DNA of 64,000 nucleotides, taken from Pseudomonadota bacterium (GTDB lineage Bacteria; Desulfobacterota; Binatia; UBA9968). The stretch covers positions 83,904 to 147,903 of the forward strand of contig JAJPJQ010000038.1 in the NCBI GenBank assembly GCA_021324155.1. The letters are read 5' to 3'. Shown in pieces: positions 25,726-35,168 of this stretch (its first letter is position 1; each line of letters begins with the position of its first letter). The notes beneath the pieces are model-generated. The model saw only the letters and a program-made list of their open reading frames with translations. It ran no database searches and had not been told where the DNA came from. The position numbers and the translations under genes were made by a program.

Positions 25726-26664
25726 TCAGCCCATTTTCAGCAGGTCCGCCTTCTTGCCGGGACGTCCGGCGATCGTGAAGTTCGGCCACTCCTCGACGTT
25801 CGCGCCGCGATAATTCTCGCGCACCCATTTGACGATGTCGCCGGCGCGCGCGAACCAGACTTTCGAGTGGCCCTTTGCGTAGCGGATGAACTCGCGCAGG
25901 AGGATCGCCCGGAACGGCCGGCCGCCGACGAAAGGATGATTGCCCCAGATCATGAATTTGGGATCGCTCTCCCCTTCTTCGTACAGGCAGTCGAACGTGT
26001 CCTTCCACATTTGCAGCAGATCGCGCGGCGTGCGCCCGGCGCGCTGGTAGCTCGAGTAGTCGTTCAGATCCTGAAAATACGACAGCACCGTCAGTTCCTT
26101 GTTTTTCACCTTCAAAGTGTAAGGCGTCTCGTTGTGCTGCGGGTCCATCCAATAGGTGTAACCGAGATCGGCGATGATCTCGACGGTGTCGGCGCTCGGC
26201 GCGACGCCGGTCGAGAGATAGCCGAGCGGCGGCTTGCCGACGACTTTCTTGACGACTTCGACCGTGCGCTGGAGGTCCTTTTTTTCCTGCGCCGGTTTTT
26301 TCATGTAGCTGTAGTCGTGGATCCACGTTTCCGTGCCGATCTCGTGGCCGTCGGCAACGGCTTCTTTGATGACGTCGGGATAATTCTCGATCGTGATGCC
26401 GGTCGGGAACCAGCTCGTCTGAATGTTTTCCTTGCGAAAGACTTCCAGAAACCGGAAGACGCCGACGCGCTCGCCGAACTCGCGGTCGGTAATCGTCGCG
26501 AGGCTTTTTTTCGTCACCGCGTCCTTGGGGTAGCCGCGGCGATTTTCCTGCTGCTTCGAACCTGCGCTCCCGAGATCCTCGGGCCAGGTCTCGAACGCGA
26601 CGCATGGCGTGATCGCGATGCGCGCTCCGTCGGGCCATTTGATCGGCGTTCTTTTTTGCTTCAT
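25726..26664 (-). CDS. Polysaccharide deacetylase family protein (NodB homology)
   Basis: Start MKQKRTPIKWP with RBS GGGAGGGA. NodB-type motifs (TFDDG-like region, HDYSYM). Confidence 0.7.
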   Translation of the reverse strand: MKQKRTPIKWPDGARIAITPCVAFETWPEDLGSAGSKQQENRRGYPKDAVTKKSLATITDREFGERVGVFRFLEVFRKENIQTSWFPTGITIENYPDVIKEAVADGHEIGTETWIHDYSYMKKPAQEKKDLQRTVEVVKKVVGKPPLGYLSTGVAPSADTVEIIADLGYTYWMDPQHNETPYTLKVKNKELTVLSYFQDLNDYSSYQRAGRTPRDLLQMWKDTFDCLYEEGESDPKFMIWGNHPFVGGRPFRAILLREFIRYAKGHSKVWFARAGDIVKWVRENYRGANVEEWPNFTIAGRPGKKADLLKMG

Positions 26665-26784
26665 CTCATCCCTCCCGTTGTCGCTTCGCCGGCTACTGGA
26701 ACTTGTGCCACACTTGCGCCGCGTTGCCAAGCGCGGCTGGACATTGCGCGTGGCGTGCGATAGTGCAGATTTCAGGAGGCGGCC

Positions 26785-27225
26785 ATGGGAATGTTAAAAA
26801 TTGACGGCGTGACGCACTGGTCGATTCCCGTCAACGATCTCGACGAGGCGGAGCGGTTCTACGGCGAAGTCCTCGGGCTTGAGCACAAGGGAAGGCTCGG
26901 CAGCTCGAAGATGTCCTGCTTCGCCGCGGGCAGTCACTCGATTCTCCTCTGCCAGCGCAAGGAAGCGCTCGAGCGCACGCCGGAGCAGGACAATCGCCTG
27001 CACCACGCGTTCGATGTCAGTCCGGAGATGTTCGAGCAGGCATGCAAAGTCTTCGAGCGCATCGGCGTCAAGATCGCCGAGCCGATCGTCTACCGCGCGA
27101 AAGGCCACTTCACCGGCCGGGAGCTTTATTTTCTCGACCCGAGCGGCAACATGCTGGAACTCCGCGACGCGAGCTGGAAAACCGGCATGCCGACGCCGAC
27201 GTTCGAGGATATCGTCAGCAATTAG
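26785..27225 (+). CDS. VOC-family (glyoxalase/bleomycin-resistance/extradiol dioxygenase fold) protein
   Basis: 146 aa. RBS AGGAGG. The sequence and size fit VOC-family proteins. Confidence 0.7.
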   Translation: MGMLKIDGVTHWSIPVNDLDEAERFYGEVLGLEHKGRLGSSKMSCFAAGSHSILLCQRKEALERTPEQDNRLHHAFDVSPEMFEQACKVFERIGVKIAEPIVYRAKGHFTGRELYFLDPSGNMLELRDASWKTGMPTPTFEDIVSN

Positions 27226-27256
27226 ATTCCGACGTGTGACTTCAATCTGCCGTTGA

Positions 27257-28357
27257 TTACGGCCGGCTTGAAAAGTACTTGTCGTAAATACGTTGGTAGC
27301 CGCCGTTCTCTTTGAGCGTCAACAAGGCATTGTTGACGTGCAATCGATACGGACTGTTCTGCGGAAAAACGATCCCGTAGCTTTCCTTCCGGAAAATCGG
27401 GCCGACGAGGGCGACTTTTCCTTTTCCCTGGTGCGCCGCATAATACAGCAGGACCGGCGAGTCGAAAACGACGGCGTCGGCCTGCCCCTTCAGCAGCGCC
27501 TCGTACGCCTGCTCGATTCTGGGAAATTCCGTCACCGAAATATCTCGCTGGCGTAAATAGAGCGCCGAGGTGCTGCCCGTCGTCGTCGCGACCTGCTTCC
27601 CGGGAAGATCCTCCGGCCCCTTGATGTCGCCTTGCAGCTGCTGGACCGTCAGCGAGCTGGTGACGCTCGCGGTGAAATACGCGACGAAAAGAACGCTCGT
27701 AAACATCCACAGCACGGCGATCGCGCGCCCGAATGCGCTGCGCGGCATCTGGTCCGCCTGCGTCGCGAGCGTCGACGCCGCCCACCAGCACGCCTCGAAG
27801 ATACCCGGAAAATACGTGTGGTGCTCGATCATGCCGTGCGGGTGCCGGCACTCCGACCACCAGATAAAATGCGCCGGCACGAGAATAAACAGCAGCGTCA
27901 ATCCCACGAACGGCAGGACCGCGGAAGACCACATGAGCCTGAGCGTCTCGCCGACGGAGCCGCCGCCCGGCTCGTCGCGGACCATGATCTGCAGCCCCGC
28001 GTCGAACATCGGCTGGGAAAAGTCGAAGTCGTTGCTGCGCTCGGCCGTTACGGAGATCGCCGCGATGCCGAGATCGGCTTTTCCCGTTTTGACGGAGTCG
28101 AGCAGCTCCGGCACCGTCGCATGCTCCGCGTAGGTGCTAGAGAGCCGCAGCTCCTGCGCAATCGCGTCCCAGAGATCGACGCTGAAGCCGGTGAGCCGGT
28201 TGTTTTCTTTAAAGACGAAGGGCGGGATTTCGCGCGTGGCGACGCGCAGCTGCTTCGCGGGCGCCGCGGCGTCGACCGCGGCCGGCAACAATCCACCGAA
28301 GAGAGCGAAAAGCGCGATCGCGAAGATCGCTATGCGAACGCGATCAATACTCCCCAT
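27257..28357 (-). CDS. Ionotropic glutamate receptor-like ligand-gated channel. A periplasmic SBP_bac_3-type ligand-binding domain is interrupted by an M1-pore loop-M2 channel module (GluR0-like architecture)
   Basis: Start MGSIDRV (ORF extends to 28501 via an R/K-rich artefact). The pore region GIFEACWWAASTLATQADQMPRSAFGRAIAVLWMFTSVLFVAYFTASVTSSLTV parallels the eukaryotic iGluR consensus FGIFNSLWFSLGAFMQQG...[34 protein letters not shown]. No M4 helix, no TxVGYG filter. Confidence 0.75.
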   Translation of the reverse strand: MGSIDRVRIAIFAIALFALFGGLLPAAVDAAAPAKQLRVATREIPPFVFKENNRLTGFSVDLWDAIAQELRLSSTYAEHATVPELLDSVKTGKADLGIAAISVTAERSNDFDFSQPMFDAGLQIMVRDEPGGGSVGETLRLMWSSAVLPFVGLTLLFILVPAHFIWWSECRHPHGMIEHHTYFPGIFEACWWAASTLATQADQMPRSAFGRAIAVLWMFTSVLFVAYFTASVTSSLTVQQLQGDIKGPEDLPGKQVATTTGSTSALYLRQRDISVTEFPRIEQAYEALLKGQADAVVFDSPVLLYYAAHQGKGKVALVGPIFRKESYGIVFPQNSPYRLHVNNALLTLKENGGYQRIYDKYFSSRP

Positions 28358-29237
28358 CGTGCCCGCGCGCCGCATCCGCCGCCTTATGCTCCGCCTTCGC
28401 GTGTTCGGTTGTGCTTTGTTCGCCTTTCGCCTGCTCGGTACTCTGTTCGGCTTTCGCCTTTTCTTCGCTCTTGAGATTCTCGGCCTTCGGGCCGAAAGCA
28501 ATCAGCGGATCGTCCCCCGCTTTGAGCGTCGAAGCAATCTTATCCAGAGCCCAAAATCTTTCCGGCGCGGTAGGATGGGTCGAAAGAAATCCGCGCTCGG
28601 TGCTGCCGGGCATCTCGATCGCGATCCGCTTGAAGACCTCTTTTCCCTCGCCGACGTTGTAGCCGGCGCGGTGCGCCCACAACAGACCGTACAGGTCCGC
28701 CTCGCGCTCGCGGTCGCGGTCGAACTTGGCGGTCGCGAGCTGCACCATGCGCGCGGCGACCTGCTGTCCGATGTTGCCGCCGAAAACTCCCGCGGGGATC
28801 GATAACGCGGTTCCGAAAACGTCTTGCACCACGCCCTGGCGGACATGGCCGCGGAGCGCGTGTCCGATCTCGTGGCCGAGCACGGCGGCCAGCTCGTCGT
28901 CGTTCTTGAGGAAGCGCAGCATACCGCGCGTAATCCACACGGTCTTGCCGTCGGTCCACGCATTGACGGCGTCGAGATTGATTTGCGACGCCTTCACTTG
29001 ATCGGTGCGCGCGGCGAAGACGAAATGGATCACCGACTGCGTTCCGGTCGCCTCAATGAGCCGGCCGGCGACTTCCTCGACGCGCGCCTGCTGCTTCTGC
29101 TGCCATTCTTTGGATTGGGCCTCGAGCTGCTCTTTGATTTTCTTTTCCTCTTCGGAGGTGATGCGCGGGACGTTGTTGACGCACGCCGGCAGCGCGCAAA
29201 CGAACAACAAAAGCACGAGTTTGACACTTCGTCTCAT
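28344..29237 (-). CDS. M48-family zinc metallopeptidase lipoprotein (HExxH)
   Basis: Start MRRSVKLVLLLFVCALPAC (lipobox). HEIGHAL motif. The 3' end overlaps the iGluR-like gene start by 14 nt. Confidence 0.75.
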   Translation of the reverse strand: MRRSVKLVLLLFVCALPACVNNVPRITSEEEKKIKEQLEAQSKEWQQKQQARVEEVAGRLIEATGTQSVIHFVFAARTDQVKASQINLDAVNAWTDGKTVWITRGMLRFLKNDDELAAVLGHEIGHALRGHVRQGVVQDVFGTALSIPAGVFGGNIGQQVAARMVQLATAKFDRDREREADLYGLLWAHRAGYNVGEGKEVFKRIAIEMPGSTERGFLSTHPTAPERFWALDKIASTLKAGDDPLIAFGPKAENLKSEEKAKAEQSTEQAKGEQSTTEHAKAEHKAADAARGHDGEY

Positions 29238-29389
29238 GGCTCGACGGCCCCATACTATCACAGCCGGTGCGGTAATAAAGCGGTAATAAATCGGCGAAAT
29301 TTCGCCTGCTTACGGATGCGCGGCCTTGACTTACCGGAAGTTGACGGATACAGAGTTTATTTGAAACTTACCAGCGGAGGTCGGGCCAA

Positions 29390-30181
29390 ATGGCGAACGA
29401 AAAGGCGGTGGAGTATCGCGTGGAGAACGGCGTTGCGCTCGTCGAGCTCAACCGGCCGCCGGTCAACAGCTACACGCACGAGCTCTTGCGCGAGCTCGAC
29501 GACGCGATCCTCCAGGCGCGCTTCGACGACAACGTTCATGTGCTGGTGCTGACCGGAAAAGTCGAAAAGTTTTTTTCCGCCGGCGCCGACATCAACATGC
29601 TCGCGAACAAGCCGCTTTCGTTTAAGAATAATTTCGCGCTCCACGGGCACGAAGTGCTCATGCGGCTCGAAAACACGCCCAAGCTCGCCATCGCGGCGAT
29701 CAACGGCCACGCCGTCGGCGGCGGCCTCGAGATCGCGATGGCGTGCGACATCCGCATCGCGCGCAAGGAAGGCGGCCGGATGGGGCTGGCCGAGATCAAT
29801 TTGGGCGTCATGCCGGGCATGGGCGGGACGCAGCGGCTGCCGCGGCTCGTCGGCAAAGGGCGCGCGCTCGAGCTCTGCGCGACCGGCCGCACGATCGCGT
29901 TCGAAGAGGCGCTCGAGATCGGGCTCATTCATTACATCTACGAGCGCGAGAACTTCCTCGGCCAGGTGATGGACTATGCGCGCCAGTTCGTTACGCCCAA
30001 CAAGGCGAGCCTCGCCGTCGGCAAGGTCAAGCGCGCGGTGCAGACCGGCTGGGAGCTCTCGCTCCCCGACGGCCTCGCGTTCGAGCGCGAAGTGCTGGCG
30101 CAGACCTTCGGCAGCGAAGACGGCAACGAAGGCGTCAAAGCGTACATCGAAAAAAGAACCGCGCAGTTCAAGGGCAGATAA
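29390..30181 (+). CDS. Enoyl-CoA hydratase/isomerase (crotonase) family protein
   Basis: 263 aa. RBS GCGGAGG. VLTGKVEKFFSAGADI and GHAVGGGLEIAMACD crotonase motifs. Confidence 0.85.
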   Translation: MANEKAVEYRVENGVALVELNRPPVNSYTHELLRELDDAILQARFDDNVHVLVLTGKVEKFFSAGADINMLANKPLSFKNNFALHGHEVLMRLENTPKLAIAAINGHAVGGGLEIAMACDIRIARKEGGRMGLAEINLGVMPGMGGTQRLPRLVGKGRALELCATGRTIAFEEALEIGLIHYIYERENFLGQVMDYARQFVTPNKASLAVGKVKRAVQTGWELSLPDGLAFEREVLAQTFGSEDGNEGVKAYIEKRTAQFKGR

Positions 30182-30294
30182 AAAATCGTTTCAGGTTTCT
30201 GGTTCCAAGTTTCAAGTCGGGTTCAAGTCCTCGGACGTGAAGCCTGAAACTTGAAGCTCGAACTTTCATTCATTCTTACTTCGGAGGATTTGTA

Positions 30295-31758
30295 ATGGCG
30301 AAGATGTTGATCGGCGGCGAATCGGTCGATTCCGTGAGCGGCCAGACATATGAAGTCCGCAACCCCGCGACCGGCGAGGTCGTCGACAAAGTTCCCAAAG
30401 GCAATGAGAAGGACGTCGAACAGGCGATCGGCGCCGCGGAGACCGCCTTCAAGGAATGGTCCGACGTCACCGCCGAAGACCGCGGCAAGATGCTCGAGAA
30501 CGCCTGCGAGCTGATCAAGCAAAAGCAGGGCGACATCGCGCAGGCGCTGACGAAGGAGCAAGGAAAAACGCTCTTCGAAGCCGGCCTGGAGATTCATCAC
30601 CTGCTGCACGGCCTCGAATTTTACGCCGGGCTCGCGTCGAAAGTCCGCGGCGCGCACGTCCCGCTGCCGCAGAAAAACGCCTACGGCATGGTCGTGCGCC
30701 AGCCGATCGGCGTTTGCGCCGGCATCGTTCCGTGGAATTTTCCGCTCACGCTGATGGGGACGAAATTGGGTCCGGCGCTCGCGGCGGGCAACACGATCAT
30801 CGTCAAGCCTGCGAGCACGACGCCGCTCGCGACGCTGCTCGCGATCGAGCAAATCCAGAAAGCGACCTACGGCGAGGGTAAGGCGCAAAAGACGCTGCCC
30901 AAAGGCGCCGTCAACGTCGTGACCGGCCCGGGCGGCACCGTCGGCGAAGAGATTCTAAAGAACCCGCGCATCCGCCGCATCGCCTTCACCGGCTCGACGC
31001 CGGTCGGCAGACATGTCATGGAAGTCGCGGGCCGAGAGATCAAGCGCGTCACGCTTGAGCTCGGCGGCAGCGACCCGATGATCGTCATGGACGACGCCAA
31101 TCTCGACCTCGCGATCAAAATGGCCGACATCGGCCGATTCTTCAACTGCGGCCAGATGTGCCTCGGCGTCAAGCGCCTGTTCCTGCAGGAATCGATCGCG
31201 GAATCGTTCGTCGGCAAGCTGACCGAGATTCTGAAGACCAAGACAGTCGGCAACGGCGCCAGCAAAGAGACGCGCATGGGGCCGATCCACATCGAATCGC
31301 AGCGCAAAGAGATCGAGGAGCAGGTCGAGGACGCGAAGTCGCGCGGCGCGAAAGTCGTCTTCGGCGGCGAGCGGCCCAAAGGCGGCGATTTCGACAAGGG
31401 CTATTTCTATCTGCCGACGCTGCTCACGAACGTGCCGGAGGATTCCAAAGTCAGCACCGAGGAGACTTTCGGGCCGGTGCTGCCGGTGTTCACGTTCAAG
31501 ACGCTCGACGAGGCGATCGAGAAAGCGAACCGCTCGATCTTCGGCCTCGGCTCTTCGATCTGGACCAGGAGCCTCGCCAGCGCCAACAGGGCGATCGACA
31601 GGCTCCAGGCCGGCAACGTCTGGGTCAACTCGCTTCACTACGGCTACGACGAGCTGCCGTTCGGCGGCGTGAAGCAGAGCGGGATCGGACGCGAGCACGG
31701 CCCCGAGGCGCTCGATTACTATCTCGAGCCCAAAGGCGTGGTGATCGTAAACGTATAA
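30295..31758 (+). CDS. NAD(P)-dependent aldehyde dehydrogenase
   Basis: 487 aa. RBS GGAGGA. ALDH motifs (VPWNFPL, ELGGSDP, catalytic C in FFNCGQMC). Confidence 0.85.
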   Translation: MAKMLIGGESVDSVSGQTYEVRNPATGEVVDKVPKGNEKDVEQAIGAAETAFKEWSDVTAEDRGKMLENACELIKQKQGDIAQALTKEQGKTLFEAGLEIHHLLHGLEFYAGLASKVRGAHVPLPQKNAYGMVVRQPIGVCAGIVPWNFPLTLMGTKLGPALAAGNTIIVKPASTTPLATLLAIEQIQKATYGEGKAQKTLPKGAVNVVTGPGGTVGEEILKNPRIRRIAFTGSTPVGRHVMEVAGREIKRVTLELGGSDPMIVMDDANLDLAIKMADIGRFFNCGQMCLGVKRLFLQESIAESFVGKLTEILKTKTVGNGASKETRMGPIHIESQRKEIEEQVEDAKSRGAKVVFGGERPKGGDFDKGYFYLPTLLTNVPEDSKVSTEETFGPVLPVFTFKTLDEAIEKANRSIFGLGSSIWTRSLASANRAIDRLQAGNVWVNSLHYGYDELPFGGVKQSGIGREHGPEALDYYLEPKGVVIVNV

Positions 31759-31779
31759 TTGGCAGAGTCGTTCGAGTGA

Positions 31780-31815
31780 AAAGCCCGACCGGCTCACGCC
31801 GGCCGGGCTTTTTTA
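31780..31815 (+). terminator. Rho-independent terminator
   Basis: AGCCCGACCGGC-tcac-GCCGGCCGGGCT hairpin followed by TTTTTT after the ALDH stop. Confidence 0.7.
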
Positions 31816-31839
31816 ATGCCGCGGCGCGGCGATCTGAAG

Positions 31840-31845
31840 TATAAT
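31840..31845 (+). promoter_or_regulatory. Candidate -10 hexamer TATAAT upstream of argJ
   Basis: Consensus TATAAT 23 nt upstream of the argJ ATG, followed by RBS AGGAGGAGGA. The -35 is weak. Confidence 0.25.
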
Positions 31846-31868
31846 CGAAATGTATTAGGAGGAGGACG

Positions 31869-33044
31869 ATGTCACAGCCGGAGCAGAAAGAATTCATTCA
31901 TCCCAAAGGTTACCTATCGGTTGCGAAGAACGTCGGCATCAAAGACGAGACGCTGGATTTGACGGTGATCTACTCTGAGAAACGAGCGAATGCCGCGGCG
32001 ATGTTCACGCGCAGCCGCTTTCCGGGCGCGCCGGTGATCGTCGGGCGCGAGCACGTCGCCGACGGCTTCGCGCAGGCCGTGGTCGTCAACAGCAAGAACG
32101 CCAACGTCGCGATGGGCCGGCCGGGAATCGACGATGCGCGCGAGATGTGCCGCCTCGTCGCCGGCGAGCTCGGAATCGCGGAGCGCGACGTGCTCCCCTT
32201 CTCGACCGGCGTTATCGGCCGGCCGCTGCCGATGGAAAAGATCCGCGCGGGATTGAAAGGCATTCGCGGCGAGCTCGAGCCGAACGGCCTCGAGCTCGCG
32301 GCGCGCGCGATCATGACGACCGACCGCTGGCCGAAATTTATCTCGCGGCGCGTCGGCAACGCCGTCATCGCCGGCATCGCCAAGGGCGTCGGCATGATCG
32401 AGCCGAATATGGCGACGATGCTGGTGTATCTAATGACGGACGCGGAGCTGCCGGCGAATTCTCTGAAGCCGATGCTCAAGCGCGTCGTCGACCGGACATT
32501 CAATTCGATGAGCATCGACACGGACACGAGCACGAGCGACACCGTCGTGCTGATGGCGAACAGCCTCGCCGGAGCGGTCGACGCGGCGGAATTCGAGCGC
32601 GCGCTGCTGGATGTGAGCGAACATCTCGCGCGCGAGATCGCACGCAACGGCGAGGGCGCGACCAAGCTGATCACGGTCGAGGTCTCCGGCGCGAAAGACG
32701 ACGCGCAGGCGAAGCGCGTCGCCAAAGCCGTGGTCAATTCGCCGCTGGTAAAAACCGCCGTCTACGGCTGCGACCCGAACTGGGGGCGCGTGATCGCGGC
32801 GATCGGCAAATGCTTCGACGATACCGACATCGAGCCGGCCAAGACGACGATCCGCTTCGGCGACGCCGAAGTCTTCGAGCACGGCGCGCCCGTCGATTGC
32901 GACCTCGAAGCGCTGCGCGCCTATCTCGGCAAGGACGAGGTCACCATCGGCGTCGATCTCGGCATCGCCAACGGCGCCGCGCGCGTCTGGGGCTGCGATT
33001 TGACCGAGGAATATATTAAAGAGAACGCGTATTATACGACGTGA
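31869..33044 (+). CDS. argJ: Bifunctional glutamate N-acetyltransferase / amino-acid N-acetyltransferase ArgJ
   Basis: 391 aa. ArgJ autoprocessing site region (ATMLVY) and overall ornithine acetyltransferase family features. Confidence 0.85.
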   Translation: MSQPEQKEFIHPKGYLSVAKNVGIKDETLDLTVIYSEKRANAAAMFTRSRFPGAPVIVGREHVADGFAQAVVVNSKNANVAMGRPGIDDAREMCRLVAGELGIAERDVLPFSTGVIGRPLPMEKIRAGLKGIRGELEPNGLELAARAIMTTDRWPKFISRRVGNAVIAGIAKGVGMIEPNMATMLVYLMTDAELPANSLKPMLKRVVDRTFNSMSIDTDTSTSDTVVLMANSLAGAVDAAEFERALLDVSEHLAREIARNGEGATKLITVEVSGAKDDAQAKRVAKAVVNSPLVKTAVYGCDPNWGRVIAAIGKCFDDTDIEPAKTTIRFGDAEVFEHGAPVDCDLEALRAYLGKDEVTIGVDLGIANGAARVWGCDLTEEYIKENAYYTT

Positions 33045-33066
33045 CCGGCAAGCGCGGGCGATCAGT

Positions 33067-34098
33067 ATGGATTTAAGAGCTCTGCCGAAAACGGAATTGC
33101 ACCTTCACCTTGAAGGGGCGGTGCCGGACGCGGCGCTGCTGGAGCTTATCCGCAAATACGGCGATGGGAAAATGTTTCCGGACACCGAGGCGGTTCGCGC
33201 GAAGCTGCAGCACGGCGACTTCAGCCAATTCGTCGAAGCCTGGCTGTGGAAAAATAAGTACCTCCGGGAGTATGACGATTTTCGCCTAATCGCCGCGGGC
33301 CTGGCGCGGAATCTCGCCGGCAACGGCGTGTGGTACGCCGAAGTGTCGTTCAGCCCCGGCGATTTTCAAAAGCACGGTCTCCGGCTCCAGCCGCTGGCGC
33401 AGGCGATCCGACGCGGCATCGACGAATCGGGCACGACCTTTAACGGATCCGAATCGATTCGCATCAACCTGATCGTCGATCTGGTGCGTGATTTCGGACC
33501 CGAAAGGGGTCTGCGTTGGCTGGAAGAAACGCGCGAGATAGCGGCAGAGAGCGGCATTGTCGCGATCGGGATCGGCGGCCAGGAGCTTGAGTTCCCGCCG
33601 GAGCCATATGCGCGCATCTTCCGCCGCGCGGAAGCGTTCGGGCTCCACCGCGTGGCACATGCCGGCGAGTGCGCTGGCGCGGCCAGCGTTTGGGCTGCGT
33701 TGAACGAGCTCGGCGTCGAACGCATCGGCCACGGCACGCGAAGCTTCGAAGACGCCGCTCTAGTCGCGCATTTGCGGCGCGAGCGGATTCCGCTGGAGGT
33801 TTGCCTTACGAGCAACGTGTGCACGGGTGTTGTGCCGGCGATTCGTCAACACCCTTTCCCGGATTATTTTCGGTCCGGCCTACGCATCGCGCTGTCGAGC
33901 GACGACCCGGCGATGTTCGATACCGACATTGTCGCGGAGTACGCCAAGGCGAAAGCCGAATTCGAACTGAGCGATCGCGAGCTGCTTCGCATCGCTCGCA
34001 CCGGGTTCGAAGCAGCCTTTCTACCGGAGCCGGATCGAGCGGCGCTGCTAGCGAGATTTGACGCAGTGACTAAACTGTGGCCGCAGGACGTTCAATAA
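33067..34098 (+). CDS. Adenosine/adenine deaminase family protein
   Basis: HLHLEG N-terminal metal-binding motif, HAGE and SSDDPAMF motifs of the Add family. Confidence 0.8.
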   Translation: MDLRALPKTELHLHLEGAVPDAALLELIRKYGDGKMFPDTEAVRAKLQHGDFSQFVEAWLWKNKYLREYDDFRLIAAGLARNLAGNGVWYAEVSFSPGDFQKHGLRLQPLAQAIRRGIDESGTTFNGSESIRINLIVDLVRDFGPERGLRWLEETREIAAESGIVAIGIGGQELEFPPEPYARIFRRAEAFGLHRVAHAGECAGAASVWAALNELGVERIGHGTRSFEDAALVAHLRRERIPLEVCLTSNVCTGVVPAIRQHPFPDYFRSGLRIALSSDDPAMFDTDIVAEYAKAKAEFELSDRELLRIARTGFEAAFLPEPDRAALLARFDAVTKLWPQDVQ

Positions 34099-35168
34099 TG
34101 TCGCGAAGCAAACCCATCTATGTCGACATGGACGACGTGCTCTGCGAGACGGCGCGAGCGCTGCTCGCGATCGCGGCGCGCGAGTTCGGGAAGACCATTC
34201 CATTCGATCAGCTGAATACCTTCGAGGTCGGCGAGGCGTGCGGCCTCGAGGCGCGGGAAATCGCGGCGCTGTTCCGTCTAGCGCACCACGACGAAGAGCT
34301 GCTCGCGATGGCGCCGATCGGAGACGCCGTCGAGATTCTACGGCAATGGGAGAAGGACGGCAGCGAGATCGCGATCGTTACCGGCCGGCCGCCGTCGACC
34401 TACGACGTCTCGCGCGAATGGCTCGCGCGCCACGGCGTGCCGCACCACGATTTCGTCATGGTCGACAAATACGGACGGTTCTCCACCGAGAATACGATCG
34501 CGATCACCTTGCCGGAGCTCGCCGCGCGGCGCTTTTCCTTCGCCGTCGAAGACTCGCCTTCGATGGCGAAGTTTTTGGCGAATGAAATGAAAGTTCCGGT
34601 CGCGCTCCTCGACCGGCCCTGGAATCAGATGGAGCAGCATCCGCTGATCACGAGGCTTGGCGGCTGGCGCGAGATCGCGGAAATCTTTGCGGCAGAAAAC
34701 TCCCGCATTACCGAAGCTGAGAGCCCAGCCGATATCGACGCGGCCAGAAGACTTTTCGAGGATTACGCGCGGTCGCTCGACTTCGACCTCGATTTCCAGG
34801 ATTTCGCCGCGGAGTTGAAGAGCCTGCCCGGCGGTTACGCGCCGCCGGACGGCTGCATTCTGCTGGCGCGCGGAGGTTCGCGCGCCGTCGGCTGTGTCGC
34901 GCTGCGAAAACTCGACGCGGAGACGTGCGAGATGAAGCGGCTTTACGTCCGTCCCGAGGCGCGCGGCCGCGGCATCGGCCGGAACCTCGCCGAGACAGTT
35001 ATCGTGCGTGGCAAACGAATCGGCTACCGGCGCATGCGCTTAGACACCGTCGCCTCGATGAAAGCGGCGAATGGCCTGTACGCGTCGCTCGGATTTCGAC
35101 CGATCGCGCCGTATCGCTATAATCCGCTCGCCGGCGCGCAATATTACGAGCGGGAGTTGTCGCGATGA
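34098..35168 (+). CDS. Fusion protein: HAD-superfamily 5'(3')-deoxyribonucleotidase-like N-terminal domain plus C-terminal GNAT acetyltransferase domain
   Basis: Start MSRSKPIYVDMDDVL (HAD motif I DxDx[V/T]); TAATG overlap with the deaminase gene. The C-terminal half has GNAT motif A (RGRGIGRNL). Confidence 0.55.
   Translation: MSRSKPIYVDMDDVLCETARALLAIAAREFGKTIPFDQLNTFEVGEACGLEAREIAALFRLAHHDEELLAMAPIGDAVEILRQWEKDGSEIAIVTGRPPSTYDVSREWLARHGVPHHDFVMVDKYGRFSTENTIAITLPELAARRFSFAVEDSPSMAKFLANEMKVPVALLDRPWNQMEQHPLITRLGGWREIAEIFAAENSRITEAESPADIDAARRLFEDYARSLDFDLDFQDFAAELKSLPGGYAPPDGCILLARGGSRAVGCVALRKLDAETCEMKRLYVRPEARGRGIGRNLAETVIVRGKRIGYRRMRLDTVASMKAANGLYASLGFRPIAPYRYNPLAGAQYYERELSR

Noticed and set aside
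27257-28501. Extended 414-aa version of the iGluR-like ORF and similar 5' extensions of treY (to 61648), actF (to 49476), actC (to 51636) and the MCE gene (to 56939)
   Set aside because: The extensions are Arg/Lys- or Arg/Ala-rich, overlap upstream genes and lack signal-peptide logic. Internal ATG codons with proper N-termini and operon overlaps give the plausible starts.
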